This document shows positions 47,782 through 58,942 of a stretch of 64,000 nt of DNA, in pieces. A program made the position numbers and the translations under genes. The notes under the pieces were generated by a model. That model was not told the origin of the DNA. It did not search any database and saw nothing but the letters and a program-made list of their open reading frames with translations. Source of the stretch: Deltaproteobacteria bacterium (lineage in GTDB: Bacteria > Desulfobacterota > Desulfobacteria > Desulfobacterales > Desulfosarcinaceae); contig JAHLLR010000001.1 of assembly GCA_020444075.1 (NCBI GenBank), positions 47,782-111,781 of the forward strand, in the 5' to 3' direction. The stretch's first letter is position 1. The number at the start of each line of letters is the position of its first letter.

Positions 47782-48474
47782 TCACGGGTTCATCTTCAAT
47801 ACGTCCGCCCCATCCGGCACACTGAAACGGAAAAGCTCCTCCGGCGGCGGGTCCTTGAAGTTGACGTTTTTCAGTTCGATGCGGGTTTCGTCCCCGTATA
47901 CGTTGAAGGTGGTAATCCGGACCAGGTCGAAGGTCTTTTTGGCAATATCCAGCTCGACCGCCATCAGATCCACCGAGGACTTGTTTGGCAGGAGCTTGAG
48001 GCGATAAAGGGTTGCATCGTCGCTCGGTTCCAGGGATAGCTGGAAACTTTTCCGGACGGTCTTGATATTGGAGAGAAAACCGGCGCCCTTGCCCTCTCCG
48101 AAAAAGGATGGGGCTTTTCCCACCAGCACCTGGTTTTCCTGGGGCCGGTAAACCCACAAGTCATTGCCGTCGGTGATGATGGTCTGGGGGTCCGGCACCA
48201 GATACTCCCAACGCATTTTCCCCGGTTGCCGGACCATCAGCCTGCCGGAAGCCGTGTCGGTCACCGCCATGGCCTTGAGGATGGATTCCTGCTCGAAATC
48301 CGCCGTAAACCCGGGGACATTGTAGCGGGCCTCCACCCCGGCGATGATCGTGTCGATCGTCTTGTCGGCTGCTGACGCCGGCAAGGGTTGAGCCAGGCCC
48401 CAGGCGATCGTCAGCATCATCGTAGCCATGATGGTAAGGATGGATTTCCGTCCGTCGGTTTTTAAATTGTTCAT
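47782..48474 (-). CDS. lolA: outer-membrane lipoprotein carrier
   Basis: Signal peptide, TADFEQ, GRLMVRQPGKMRWEY, FRFSVPDGADV; GGAGAT RBS. Confidence 0.88.
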   Translation of the reverse strand: MNNLKTDGRKSILTIMATMMLTIAWGLAQPLPASAADKTIDTIIAGVEARYNVPGFTADFEQESILKAMAVTDTASGRLMVRQPGKMRWEYLVPDPQTIITDGNDLWVYRPQENQVLVGKAPSFFGEGKGAGFLSNIKTVRKSFQLSLEPSDDATLYRLKLLPNKSSVDLMAVELDIAKKTFDLVRITTFNVYGDETRIELKNVNFKDPPPEELFRFSVPDGADVLKMNP

Positions 48475-48580
48475 ATCTCCCCTTTCCAATCCCTGATATG
48501 GCACCCGTTCGGCGCCGGTTAGGAGATGACCTGAGTATCTCATTTAATCCGGTTTGTAAATATAGCGGGCAGGCGGCGCT

Positions 48581-49501
48581 TCAGCGCAGCAACGATTGCA
48601 CGGCCGCCCCGGCGGTATCCAGATCCGACACCTGCCGGACCGGTTTTTCAATGGGCATATCGATGGCTTCGGTTTTCCCGAAGATCCCGAAGCAGATAAG
48701 ATCGATCCGGCGCATGTGCTGCATCAGGGCATTGGGCGAGACATGCGGGGCGCGCACGCCCTGAAGCATGAGGGTTTCCATGTTGGACTGGCCCAGCAGG
48801 GTTTCGAACCGCCGGGCCTGCTGCAGGCTGCGAAAGAGCGACCGTTTGTGTTCGACCAGCAGGTCGTAGACGTCGACGCCCTCATCGGCGGTCTGCATAA
48901 GTGACAGTGCCAGGTCCAGGCAGGCCAGATAGTCGGGATGGCTGTCCGCCATTCTTTCGAAGAAGCGGCACAGGAAAACCCCATGGCTGGAGCACGTGCA
49001 GATGCCGGCATTTCTGAGCCGCACCTTGACAATGGGGCCAAGCTCAGCCGACAGGCAGTTTTCGATGGCCGCCGCCACCCGGAGATCCATCTGCCAGGCG
49101 ATGTTCAGCCGCTCCAGGTACTGAGACTTGATGAAGTCAGGCACCAGGAGGCTGATCAGCTTTCTGCCGTCAGGGAGGTTGACCCGCGCATGGATCGCCC
49201 GGGCCATCAAACCATCATGCACTTCATTTTTATCTTCCGCGGAACACCGGGCCGCTTCAAGCAGCGGTTCCAGGTCCGCCTGGACGGCCTGATCCGGAAA
49301 AAAGATCAGGTCCAGCAGGCTGTCCCGCTCGCTGTTGGTATCATCGGTTAAAAACGATGCCAGCCGGTCGGGTTCAGGGGGAAAAAGGACGGCATCGATG
49401 TAGTCGAGAATGGCATCGGTGAGGCCTCCCCCATTTTCCAAAGCTTCGATGATCCGGGCAAGGAGATGGCGCCTGTTTTCGCTGGTGGCGTCGCTCATCA
49501 T
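48581..49501 (-). CDS. hypothetical protein
   Basis: 306-aa ORF with host-like codon pattern; family not recognised. Confidence 0.75.
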   Translation of the reverse strand: MMSDATSENRRHLLARIIEALENGGGLTDAILDYIDAVLFPPEPDRLASFLTDDTNSERDSLLDLIFFPDQAVQADLEPLLEAARCSAEDKNEVHDGLMARAIHARVNLPDGRKLISLLVPDFIKSQYLERLNIAWQMDLRVAAAIENCLSAELGPIVKVRLRNAGICTCSSHGVFLCRFFERMADSHPDYLACLDLALSLMQTADEGVDVYDLLVEHKRSLFRSLQQARRFETLLGQSNMETLMLQGVRAPHVSPNALMQHMRRIDLICFGIFGKTEAIDMPIEKPVRQVSDLDTAGAAVQSLLR

Positions 49502-49587
49502 CGAAGTATATCAGGTTTGTTGAAAAAGGGACAGGTGGTGAATTGGCGCATACCCGGAGAAAGCCCCGGGCCAGCGCCCCAAGACGG

Positions 49588-49905
49588 TCAGGCATGGACG
49601 ACGCCGGCAATCTCGTCGAAGAGCCCTTTGAGGACGCCCACCTCATCGGACACGGAATCCAGCTGGTTTTCAGCGGCAGCCCGCTCGATTCGTTTGGCCA
49701 CTTCGTGGACATTCATTATTCCCATGTTGCCGGCAGCCCCGTTGATGGTATGGGCGCTGCGGGCCACCTGCCGGGCGTCCCCCGCTTCGAAGGCTCCCTT
49801 CAGACGGTCAAAATCCGCCATGCCTGTTTCCAGAAACAGATCGACCAGTTCACGGTATTCATCTTCTTCCAGACCGATCCGTTCTGCTAACTCCTTCAAA
49901 TTCAT
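49588..49905 (-). CDS. Hpt phosphotransfer domain protein
   Basis: ELVDLFL, AHTINGAAGNMG; GGAGG RBS; overlaps the HK stop. Confidence 0.9.
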   Translation of the reverse strand: MNLKELAERIGLEEDEYRELVDLFLETGMADFDRLKGAFEAGDARQVARSAHTINGAAGNMGIMNVHEVAKRIERAAAENQLDSVSDEVGVLKGLFDEIAGVVHA

Positions 49906-51992
49906 GCAGCCTCCTTATTGAAAACATTTTTTTCGATAATCGCAAACACCGCCTCCCGCTTGATGGGTTTGGTGAGGTAATCGTTCATACCGGCCTCCAG
50001 ACACATTTCACGGTCACCTTTCATGGCGTGAGCCGTCATGGCGATGATGGGCACGCGCGCAAACCCTTTTTGCCGGATAATCTGCGTGGCTTCCTTGCCG
50101 TCCATCTCCGGCATCTGTACATCCATGAAGATCAGGTCGAAGGCATCCGGCTCGGCCGTGTACTTTTCTACGGCCTGTTTACCATTGTCGGCAACCTCCA
50201 CCTGGTACCCTGCCTTACCCAGCATGAGTTTGGCCAGCTTCTGATTGACCAGGTTATCCTCCGCCAGAAGAATCCGCACCGAATGCTTGAGGTCCTCCCT
50301 TACCGAATACTGGGTGTGAATTTTCTCTATATGGTCGGTCGGGTCACCGGTTTGCCCATCCCGGTCCCGAAGCACCCGCCCCATCATCTGGAACAGTTTT
50401 TCCCGGCGGACGGGCTTGCTCAAAAAGCCGTTGAACCCCGCCTTTTCACAGCGCTGGGCATCCCGCTCCAGGGTGCTGGAAAGCGCGATCAGGGGAATCT
50501 GCGACAGGGGGGCACCCTGCGAACGGATCCCTGCCGCCACCGCGAATCCGTCGGTGTCCGGCATGCGGATATCCGAGATGCACAGATTGAAAGGGACCCC
50601 TTCTTCCATGGCCATCCGCAGGACCGGGAGCACGTCATTTCCCCGGTAAACGACGACAGCGGTCATGCCGGCGGCGCTTAACACCTGCTGAAGAATCTGG
50701 GCATTGGCGACATTGTCATCCACCACCAGCACGCGAAGCCCCTTGAAGGAAATCGGAACCAACCGGTGGGCCTGCTTATCTTCGCATTTGGCCAGCCAGG
50801 CGGTAAAATTAAAGGTGCTGCCTTCCCCGGGGCGGCTTTCCACCCACACATCCCCGCCCATCAGGTTGGAAATCTGTTTGCAGATGGACAGCCCCAGTCC
50901 GGTGCCGCCGTATTTGCGGGTGGTGGACCCGTCGGCCTGCTGAAACGGTTCGAAAATGACCGCCTGCTTGTCTTCGGGAATGCCGATGCCGGTGTCTCGG
51001 ATGGCGGCGTGCAGTTTGACGGCTTCCGGTGTCTCTTCCGCCAGCCGCAGGGACAGTTCAATTTCTCCGGCTTCAGTGAATTTCGGTGCATTGCCCAACA
51101 GGTTGGTGATGACCTGGCGGAACCGCAAGGGGTCTCCCGTGACCATGGCCGGCAGGTGGTCATCGATCCGGCACAGCAGTTCCACCGGGCTGTTGCCGAT
51201 TTTCGGCCTGACCAGATCGCAGACATCGTATGCCAGAAGCTCCGGATCAAAGTCGATCGCTTCGAAATCGAGTTCGCCGGATTCGATTTTGGAAAAATCG
51301 AGGATATCGTTGATCAAAGAGAGCAGCACAATACCGCTGCGTTTGATGGTCTGGGTATAATCCACCTGCACATCGTTGAGTTCGGTATCCAGCAAAAGGT
51401 CGGTAAATCCGATGACCCCGTTCATGGGAGTGCGGATCTCATGGCTCATGTTGGCCAGAAATTGGCTTTTGGCCATATTGGCAGCCTCGGCGGCCTCCTT
51501 GGCCTTTTTAAGTTCCTCTTCGGCCAGCTTGCGTTCGGTAATGTCCTCTACGGTTCCGGTGTAGCGCCCGCCGGCATCGGAAAACACGGGTTCCGAGTGG
51601 ACATGCACCCATTTGAGGGCGCCGTCGGGACGGATAATCCGGCAATCCATGGAAAAGGTGTCCATCCGCGCCAGGGCATGTTCCCACTTTTTGGATACCG
51701 CTTCGCGGTCATCGGGGTAGAGAACCTCCCGCCAATCCCGGGTTAAACTGTCCACCAGACTGAGGCCGAAAATTTCCTGGTAACTGGTATTGGTGTAAAG
51801 ACAGCTGCCTTTAGCATCGATCTCGAACACGCCGAAGTGAATGGTTTCCGAAATCAGCCGGAAGCGTTCTTCACTTCCGCGAATCGCCGCCTGGGCTCTG
51901 CGGTAGCGCTTGTTTTCTTCTTCCAGAACCTTGTTTTTCTTTACCAGTTCAAGGATCGTCGCGGCGCTGGACATCGGGATCATTCCCCTCAT
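49902..51992 (-). CDS. cytoplasmic PAS hybrid histidine kinase with two receiver domains
   Basis: [42 protein letters not shown], two REC domains with intact Asp; start may be 51974. Confidence 0.93.
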   Translation of the reverse strand: MRGMIPMSSAATILELVKKNKVLEEENKRYRRAQAAIRGSEERFRLISETIHFGVFEIDAKGSCLYTNTSYQEIFGLSLVDSLTRDWREVLYPDDREAVSKKWEHALARMDTFSMDCRIIRPDGALKWVHVHSEPVFSDAGGRYTGTVEDITERKLAEEELKKAKEAAEAANMAKSQFLANMSHEIRTPMNGVIGFTDLLLDTELNDVQVDYTQTIKRSGIVLLSLINDILDFSKIESGELDFEAIDFDPELLAYDVCDLVRPKIGNSPVELLCRIDDHLPAMVTGDPLRFRQVITNLLGNAPKFTEAGEIELSLRLAEETPEAVKLHAAIRDTGIGIPEDKQAVIFEPFQQADGSTTRKYGGTGLGLSICKQISNLMGGDVWVESRPGEGSTFNFTAWLAKCEDKQAHRLVPISFKGLRVLVVDDNVANAQILQQVLSAAGMTAVVVYRGNDVLPVLRMAMEEGVPFNLCISDIRMPDTDGFAVAAGIRSQGAPLSQIPLIALSSTLERDAQRCEKAGFNGFLSKPVRREKLFQMMGRVLRDRDGQTGDPTDHIEKIHTQYSVREDLKHSVRILLAEDNLVNQKLAKLMLGKAGYQVEVADNGKQAVEKYTAEPDAFDLIFMDVQMPEMDGKEATQIIRQKGFARVPIIAMTAHAMKGDREMCLEAGMNDYLTKPIKREAVFAIIEKNVFNKEAA

Positions 51993-52247
51993 CAGGCGTT
52001 GCTTGCCATGGGGTATGGGTTATGCCGCCGGTGGATCTGTTCATCTGTCGGTCGGCGGCGATTCGCTATGGTGCAAAAGGGTTGAAATCAATTTCAACCG
52101 GCGAGATCTATATCGGCATGCAAAAATGGGACTTTAGCTTTTCCGGGCGAGGGTTGCGGATCTTTAAAACGGGGCGCAGCGCTGCACAACGGGTCGAAAA
52201 TCAGACATCATTTCCTGGAGGCATCGGGTGGATGCCGTTTTTTCCAT

Positions 52248-53618
52248 TTATAGGGGCAGGTTGTATTTTTTCAACTTTTCCCGCAACGTCTTGCGGGTGA
52301 TTCCCAGCCGTCTGGCCGCTTCGCTCTTGTTGCCGTTGGCCGACGCCAGGGTATTGACGATGGCTTCCCGCTCGATATGTTCCAGGGGAACGTCCGCGGG
52401 AAAACCGCCATCTGAAAAAGCCGCACCGACTGCCGGCGGGCCCTGGACCAGGGCGGCAAAAGCATCCTCGTCCAGGCAGGAGGACCGGGCCAGCACCACG
52501 GCCCGCTCGATGGTGTTCATCAGTTCACGCACATTCCCCGGCCACGGGTGTCGGATCAGCAGATCCATGGCCCGGGGGGAGAACCGGTCCACCGCTTTGC
52601 GATTTTTTTCGGCAAACCGCAAAAGGAAATGCGAGGCCAGCAGCGGAATGTCTTCACGGCGTTCCCTCAGCGGCGGGGTTTTCAGTTCCACCACATTCAG
52701 CCGATAGTACAGGTCCTCCCTGAAAGTACCGGAATTGACCATCCGCGCCAGGTCCTGGTTGGTGGCCACGATGAGCCGCACATCCACTGGAATTACCTGC
52801 TCCCCACCCACCCGGGTGAGCTCCCGCTCCTGCAGCACCCGCAGCAGCTTCACCTGCATGGAAACGGGCATCTCGCCCACTTCGTCCAGAAACAGGCTGC
52901 CCCCGTCGGCCTGGACAAACCGCCCCTCCTTGCGGCGATCCGCTCCGGTGAACGCGCCTTTTTCATGGCCGAAAAGCTCCGACTCCAGCAGGGTCTCGGT
53001 AATGGCGGCGCAGTTGACCTTGACAAAGGGGCCGGCCTTTCTCGGGCTGTTGTGGTGAATGGCCGCGGCCACCAGTTCCTTTCCCGTTCCCGATTCGCCG
53101 GTCACCATCACCGTAGCCTCGGAGACGGCCACCTGGGCCACGGTCTCCATCAGGCGAACCATGGCCGGACAGCTGCCGATGATATCCGGGGATTGAATAC
53201 CGGTCGCCAGCAGCTTTTTGAGCTGGCGGTTCTCGGCTTTAAGACGGATGTGCTCCAGGGCCCGTTCCAGGGTCAACCGGAGCTTGTCGAAGTCCAGGGG
53301 TTTGATCAGATAGTCATAGGCGCCCTTTTTCAGCGCATCCACCGCCATCTCCACGGAGGCGTAGGCGGTCATCAGCACAATGGGGATAGCCGGGTTAATG
53401 GCTTTGATCTGTTCCAGTGCCTCAATGCCGGAGACTCGGACCATGCGGATATCCATCAGCACCAGGTCCACGGGTTGGGCCCGGACAACGGCGATGGCCG
53501 CCTCCCCGTCGTCCGCATCCACGATGGCATATCCCCAGTCTCCCAGCAGGGTGCGCAGCATGGTCCGATGGGCAAAATCGTCATCGACGACCAGTACCCG
53601 GCATTTTTCAACCATCAT
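52248..53618 (-). CDS. zraR: sigma54-dependent response regulator, ZraR-like
   Basis: REC, GESGTGKE, GAFTGA, FLDEVGE, WPGNVREL, Fis HTH. Confidence 0.88.
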   Translation of the reverse strand: MMVEKCRVLVVDDDFAHRTMLRTLLGDWGYAIVDADDGEAAIAVVRAQPVDLVLMDIRMVRVSGIEALEQIKAINPAIPIVLMTAYASVEMAVDALKKGAYDYLIKPLDFDKLRLTLERALEHIRLKAENRQLKKLLATGIQSPDIIGSCPAMVRLMETVAQVAVSEATVMVTGESGTGKELVAAAIHHNSPRKAGPFVKVNCAAITETLLESELFGHEKGAFTGADRRKEGRFVQADGGSLFLDEVGEMPVSMQVKLLRVLQERELTRVGGEQVIPVDVRLIVATNQDLARMVNSGTFREDLYYRLNVVELKTPPLRERREDIPLLASHFLLRFAEKNRKAVDRFSPRAMDLLIRHPWPGNVRELMNTIERAVVLARSSCLDEDAFAALVQGPPAVGAAFSDGGFPADVPLEHIEREAIVNTLASANGNKSEAARRLGITRKTLREKLKKYNLPL

Positions 53619-55354
53619 ACCTCCTTTGCCGCCGGCAGCGAAATCTGGACGGTGGTGCCCTCACCGGGCCGGCTGTCCACCAGGATGTCGCCCTGGTGGG
53701 CCTTGACAATGTTATGAACAATGGCCAGTCCCAGCCCGGTCCCGGTTCTTTTGGTGGAAAAATAAGGTTCGAAAATATGGGGCTGATCCTTAGGATCGAT
53801 ACCCACACCGCTGTCGATGACCTGAATACGGATGCCACCCTCAGCGCTGCCGGACACCCGGACCGTCAGACTCCCTCCATCCGTCATGGCGTCCAGGGCG
53901 TTGAGGAAAAGATTGAGCATCACCTGGTTCATCTTGTCGGCGTCCATTTCCGCGGAAAGGCTGTCATCGGGCATGTCCAGGGCAATGATGACACCGGCTT
54001 CACGGCTCTGACGGTCCACAACCCTGAAGGCGTCCTGAAAAAACGGCTTCAGCGCCACCTGTTGTAAGTGGAGGCGGATGGGCCGGGAAAATTCCAGCAA
54101 CTGGCCCACCACCCGGTTGAGCCGGTCCACCTCCTGGATCATGATGCCGGCGATCTCCTGATCCCGGCTGCTTTCCCGGTATTTTTCCTTGAAATAAGTG
54201 GCAAAACCCTTGATCGAACTCAAAGGATTGCGGATCTCGTGGGCCACACCGGCGGCCAGGCGACCCACCGACGCCAGGCGCCGGTTCTTTTCCAGTTCCT
54301 GGCGAAGCGCACGAAGCTCCGTGAGATCCTTGAACAGGATCACCTGACCGAAACATTCGCCGTTCTCATCGGTCAGGTTGGCGGCGCTCACGTCCATGGA
54401 AATTCGACGGCCGTCGGCCACGGGGCAGAGCAGTTCCTTTTCCACCAGACTGTCGGTCCCTGCCAGTGTCTCTGCCAGTATCGCCGGGAGGACCTCTCTG
54501 AAGGCAAAACCGATCACATCCACGGCACGGATTCCCAGGGTGGTTTCCGCAACGGAGTTCACGGCGGTCACCCGGCCGTTCTGGTCCAGGGCCACCAGAC
54601 CGATGGGCATGCGGGACACCAGGTTGTCGGAAAAAACCTTCTCCCGTGCCAGGGAGGCACGCGCGGACCGGTAGTTCTGGGTCAGGAAAAGCAGCAGCAC
54701 GCCGGCGCACCCCACCAGCAGCAGCACGATAGCCATCACCGCGGTATGTCGCAGGTCGGCGGCATGGGCGGCATCCACGGCATCGGTTCGAAACCCGACG
54801 AAAATCACCATGGGAGGAGCCTCCTGCTCGGAAGGCGGAATGTCCATCATACGCATCATGTGGCTGTGCATGGGACGATTCGGTCGTTTGGCCAATGGGG
54901 CAAACTTCCCAAAAATCTCAAAAATCGCCTCACCGTCAACCGAAACGATCCGTCGCCACGTCAGCACGCCGGACGCGTATATCGATTTAAAATCCAGACC
55001 GGTGCCATAATGGCTTCCCACCCGATCCCTCCGGCTATGGGCAATGACGGTACCGTCTATGCCGACCACCAGCAGGTGGGCAATGTCCGGCTGGGCCGCG
55101 GTTTCGACCAGCAACCGCTGCAGTTGGAACCCGCTGCCGTGGCCCCCGCGCATGCCCATGCGGGTGCCGGCTTCAAAGGATCGGATCAGGGCGGCGCCTT
55201 TTTCCATCATCAGGCGGATGCTCTGCTGCTTTTGGCGGTTGATGGTCTCCAGCGTCATCAAGGCCACAACGGGCAGCATGACCAGGACCGCGCCTATTAT
55301 GACCCATGGCGAAAAGCCCGAGAGAAACACTCTGAATTTTTGTTTGTCCGTCAT
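53615..55354 (-). CDS. zraS: sensor histidine kinase, ZraS-like
   Basis: Two TM segments, IRSFEAGTR periplasmic start, PAS, AAGVAHEIRNPL, NLFLNA, GTGLGL. Confidence 0.85.
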   Translation of the reverse strand: MTDKQKFRVFLSGFSPWVIIGAVLVMLPVVALMTLETINRQKQQSIRLMMEKGAALIRSFEAGTRMGMRGGHGSGFQLQRLLVETAAQPDIAHLLVVGIDGTVIAHSRRDRVGSHYGTGLDFKSIYASGVLTWRRIVSVDGEAIFEIFGKFAPLAKRPNRPMHSHMMRMMDIPPSEQEAPPMVIFVGFRTDAVDAAHAADLRHTAVMAIVLLLVGCAGVLLLFLTQNYRSARASLAREKVFSDNLVSRMPIGLVALDQNGRVTAVNSVAETTLGIRAVDVIGFAFREVLPAILAETLAGTDSLVEKELLCPVADGRRISMDVSAANLTDENGECFGQVILFKDLTELRALRQELEKNRRLASVGRLAAGVAHEIRNPLSSIKGFATYFKEKYRESSRDQEIAGIMIQEVDRLNRVVGQLLEFSRPIRLHLQQVALKPFFQDAFRVVDRQSREAGVIIALDMPDDSLSAEMDADKMNQVMLNLFLNALDAMTDGGSLTVRVSGSAEGGIRIQVIDSGVGIDPKDQPHIFEPYFSTKRTGTGLGLAIVHNIVKAHQGDILVDSRPGEGTTVQISLPAAKEV

Positions 55355-55620
55355 CATCCTGCCTGTTGAATACAAAAAGGCTGCCAGGTTAAAGCCACCC
55401 CTGTAAATAATTGCTCAGGATGGCGACGGCTTCGGTTTCGTCTTTCAGGCGCATCCGCGGGTGCATATCCGGATATGGGCCGGTGGAAGTAACGTGGCAG
55501 ACGGACCAAAAGACAAACAGGATGGGCCATTATTTCTTGCATAGGTCCTGATTCAACGCCTGGAAAAACCGGGCCGTTCCGGTTCATCATCCGGCAGGTT
55601 CGACGTTGGTCGAAGGCAAC

Positions 55621-55670
55621 TGGATCATTTTTACCCGGATCGGCGATCCGACCTGGATCGTTTCGATCCA
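55621..55670. promoter_or_regulatory. candidate ZraR enhancer sites
   Basis: TGGATCATTTTTACCCG (55621-37) and perfect palindrome TGGATCGTTTCGATCCA (55654-70), 33 bp apart. Confidence 0.6.
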
Positions 55671-55780
55671 CCCTGACCCTGAGCTGATTCCGGCAGCCGA
55701 TCCGGCAAGCAATTGAAAATAAATTTTTAGTTATTATATTTAAAAGGTTACGATTTTCCTCACCAAAAATCAAATGGATT

Positions 55781-55796
55781 TGGCATCGGCCTTGCT
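55781..55796 (+). promoter_or_regulatory. sigma54 promoter of the zraP-like gene
   Basis: TGGCAT-CGGCC-TTGCT. Confidence 0.8.
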
Positions 55797-55874
55797 CATG
55801 TGGGTTGTCGAAAATGAAAAAGCAGACACCCATTCGACAAACCCAACATTTTTCAAACCTGAAAGGAGATCATC

Positions 55875-56387
55875 ATGAAAACCAACAGCATGCGAACCGT
55901 AATTGTCAGCCTGGCGGCCGTCGCCGTCATGGCCGTGGGGGCAACCGCCTTTGCTGGCAAAGGCATGGGAAATCAGGACGATGAGGGCGGATATGGGGGC
56001 TATGGCAACCAGAGCCGCAGGGGCGGGTGCGCCTATGGCCAAATGAACGCGAACCTCACGCCGGAGCAGCGTGAGCAGATGGAAACTGAGCGCCAGGCCT
56101 TTTTCGATGCCACCAAGATGGAACGGCAGGATCTTTATGCCAAAAGACTGGAATTGAGGGCTGAAATGGCCAAAAGCCAGCCGGATTTGAGCAAAGCTTC
56201 GGCCTTGCAGGAGGAAGTTTCCGCACTGCAGGGGCGGCTTGACCAGAAACGCCTGAGTCACATCATGGCCATGCGCAAGATCAATCCCGATGCCGGCAGA
56301 GGGTTCATGATGGACGGCCGGGGTATGGGCCACCATGGGATGGGCCAGGGAATGGGATACGGACCCGGCAACTGCCCTAACCAATAA
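55875..56387 (+). CDS. zraP: ZraP/Spy/CpxP-like periplasmic protein
   Basis: Signal peptide, LTPEQ, coiled coil, G/M/H-rich tail ending GNCPNQ; divergent from zraSR. Confidence 0.82.
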   Translation: MKTNSMRTVIVSLAAVAVMAVGATAFAGKGMGNQDDEGGYGGYGNQSRRGGCAYGQMNANLTPEQREQMETERQAFFDATKMERQDLYAKRLELRAEMAKSQPDLSKASALQEEVSALQGRLDQKRLSHIMAMRKINPDAGRGFMMDGRGMGHHGMGQGMGYGPGNCPNQ

Positions 56388-56409
56388 ACCTATCTGTCAT
56401 CAACGAACG

Positions 56410-56444
56410 ATGCGCCGGGTATCATTCGCCCGGCGCATTATTTT
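56410..56444 (+). terminator. intrinsic terminator
   Basis: ATGCGCCGGG-N9-CCCGGCGCAT then TATTTT. Confidence 0.7.
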
Positions 56445-56600
56445 ATCCGTCACCATGCGACATGCTTTTCAACACGATCTGACCAGAGGGTGCCGATCCA
56501 CCCGGCATTTCCGAACCTTCCTTTAACCTGTCTTCCCGCCGATAAATCTGATATGGCCAATACCGCTTAACAGCTGTCGACTGAAGGATGGACCCGTAAA

Positions 56601-57029
56601 ATGACTGATTTGGACCAGCGTTCTTATTTCTTCGATGAGGGCATCCGCTTTGAGTGCCGGCGCTGCGGTGACTGTTGCACCGGTGATCCCGGCATCGTTC
56701 GGGTCAATGAACGTGAGATTGAATGCATTGCCGCCTATTTAGGCACGCCAATATCAGCGGTTGTCGAAACTTTTATTTATTCCTGGGAAGACGGACACAG
56801 CATCAAAGAAGCCAGCGACGGCCGATGCCTGTTTTTTGAAGACGGCTGCCGGATCTATCCCGCCAGGCCCACCCAGTGCAGAACCTTTCCCTTCTGGTTT
56901 GCCAACCTGCGCTCCGAAGCCCGATGGAAGAAAATCCGCCACCAGTGCCCGGGCATCGGCACGGGCCATCTATATAGCAAAGCCGACATTCTGGCTATCC
57001 TCAGTCGTTCATCCGATAGGCGCCCTTAA
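56601..57029 (+). CDS. YkgJ family Fe/Zn cysteine-cluster protein
   Basis: FECRRCGDCC, CLFF..GCRIYPARPTQCRTFPFW, CPGIG. Confidence 0.9.
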   Translation: MTDLDQRSYFFDEGIRFECRRCGDCCTGDPGIVRVNEREIECIAAYLGTPISAVVETFIYSWEDGHSIKEASDGRCLFFEDGCRIYPARPTQCRTFPFWFANLRSEARWKKIRHQCPGIGTGHLYSKADILAILSRSSDRRP

Positions 57030-58695
57030 GGGCGGAAACATGCTTTTCCCAGATCCGGTTGAACCGGTCCGGATTCACCGACGGTTTTTTGATCATCCGC
57101 TTGCACACGTCCATCTGTTTGGCGGTACTTCTGGTCTTGCTGTAGAGTTGAAGGGCGAACTTGGAAAAATCACGGACCATGAAATCAAAGATCTGGTCCA
57201 TCAGGTCGTCCTCCACCGCATCGATCCGGGCCTTTTCGATAAGCAGTTGGCCGTAGGCCACCAGAGTGAACAGTTCACCCAGATTGAGCAGGAAATCGAT
57301 GTCCTTGATCTGCTCCTTATCCGGAGCGGCGGTGGTCAGCAGTTCCATCAGCAGGGCAATCTGTTCCTTGAACACGCTGATATTGTGAAGATTCAGGCTG
57401 TTGTAAGCAATGTTGTAGTCGTGGAACTGGATTTTTCCCAATCCCCTGGTGGGCCCCTGGTTGAACAGGAAATCGTCATTGACCGCTGCGTCGATCTTTC
57501 CGATCTCCGGGAACTGGCCGGGGTTGAAAAAATAGTTGGCCATGAACTTGACGATAAGGGCCATGTTCACGTGAACGGTGCCCTCCAGTTTGGGCAGGGC
57601 GCGAATGTCCCGGGCCGCCATCTCGAAGTAGGTGTCCTTTTCGAATCCCTTGGCCGCGATCACATCCCACAGCAGGTTGATCACCTCCTCGCCCTGGGTG
57701 GTCACTTTCATTTTCACCATGGGGTTGTAAAGCAGATAGCGCCGGTCGTCGGCAGAAGCGCTGCGCATGTAGTCCGCCGCGCGAGAGGCAAACATGCGCA
57801 TGGCGCACAGCCGGGCGTAGGCATCCACAAACAGCTGGCGGATGTGGGGAAAATCGGTGACATAATGCTTGAACAGATAGCGGCCGGCCGCGTGGTCGAT
57901 GGCTTCGTAAAAGGCGTGGGTGCAGATACCGATGGAAGCCCAGCCCAGGTTGTATTTGCCCACATTGATGGTGTTCAGGGAGGAGTCCCAGGCGTCGCCG
58001 CCGGTAGTCAGGATGTCGTCGTCCGTCAGGGGATAGCCATTCAGGGCATATTCGGAAACGTACATCTGCGAGTTGACTACATTCTGCACGCATTCGTAGT
58101 TTTCATGTTTGGAATCCACCACGAAGAAGACGTATTCATCGGTTTCCGAATTCTTGGCAAAGGTGGAGACCAGTGCGGCTTCGTTGCCGTTGCCGATGTA
58201 GTATTTGCCGCCATCGGCCCGGTACCGGCCGTCGCCCATGGGGGTCAGGGCCATGTCGCTGGCATACAGGTCCGCCCCGTGCTCTTTTTCAGAAAGTCCG
58301 AAAGCGAAAATCCCTCCGTCCGCCAGCAGCCGGGCTGCCTTTTGCTTGACCGCTTCGTTTTTTCCCATCCAGATGGGCCCCAGTCCCAGAATGGACACCT
58401 GCCAGGTGTACCAATAGGCCAGGCTGTAAAAGCCGAGGATTTCGTTGAAATCCATGTTGCGGAAAGTGTCCCACCGGCAGCCCTCACCGCCATATGGGGA
58501 CGGGGTCAGCAGGCTGGAGAAGATGCCTTCTTTTTTGATGAACTGCAGAAAATCGTCGTACCAGACCCGGTCGTGGTCATCCTGTTTTAGCTTTTTCTTC
58601 CCCTTGGTTTCAAAGAAATCGATGGTCTTTTGCATGATTTCCCTGGATCGCGCATCCAGATGGTCGAAGCTCGCATTTTTCGGATTGAACAGCAT
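57001..58695 (-). CDS. acyl-CoA dehydrogenase
   Basis: AFGLSEKEHGAD, GGKYYIGN, FVFFVVDS, LPKLEGTVHVN; GGAGG RBS before ATG 58695. Confidence 0.92.
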   Translation of the reverse strand: MLFNPKNASFDHLDARSREIMQKTIDFFETKGKKKLKQDDHDRVWYDDFLQFIKKEGIFSSLLTPSPYGGEGCRWDTFRNMDFNEILGFYSLAYWYTWQVSILGLGPIWMGKNEAVKQKAARLLADGGIFAFGLSEKEHGADLYASDMALTPMGDGRYRADGGKYYIGNGNEAALVSTFAKNSETDEYVFFVVDSKHENYECVQNVVNSQMYVSEYALNGYPLTDDDILTTGGDAWDSSLNTINVGKYNLGWASIGICTHAFYEAIDHAAGRYLFKHYVTDFPHIRQLFVDAYARLCAMRMFASRAADYMRSASADDRRYLLYNPMVKMKVTTQGEEVINLLWDVIAAKGFEKDTYFEMAARDIRALPKLEGTVHVNMALIVKFMANYFFNPGQFPEIGKIDAAVNDDFLFNQGPTRGLGKIQFHDYNIAYNSLNLHNISVFKEQIALLMELLTTAAPDKEQIKDIDFLLNLGELFTLVAYGQLLIEKARIDAVEDDLMDQIFDFMVRDFSKFALQLYSKTRSTAKQMDVCKRMIKKPSVNPDRFNRIWEKHVSALKGAYRMND

Positions 58696-58942
58696 GGATA
58701 ACCCTCCTCGCATCTCTTTATTGCCGCACCTGTCAATCCGTGCGGAAGTTGTCCCGGCCAAGGCATACCGGTTATGTTGGCAATGTTAACATGGGGTCCC
58801 CTATCCCACGGAAACAGGTCCTGTCAATGGATTCCTGGTCAAGGGGGTCGCCTTCTGCTATTTAGGGTCTATCTGGAAATGGCGGGTTGCGGATGGACAC
58901 GATTCAGTCGCTCCCTCCGTTAACCCAAGCGAAAGGCGCTCA

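Noticed and set aside
56761-58590. 609-aa + strand ORF (and similar long ORFs at 54068-55369, 14267-15493, 52548-53717, 18270-19373, 36502-37587)
   Set aside because: These are antisense shadows of well-supported genes in GC-rich DNA, with no motifs or RBS and typical shadow composition
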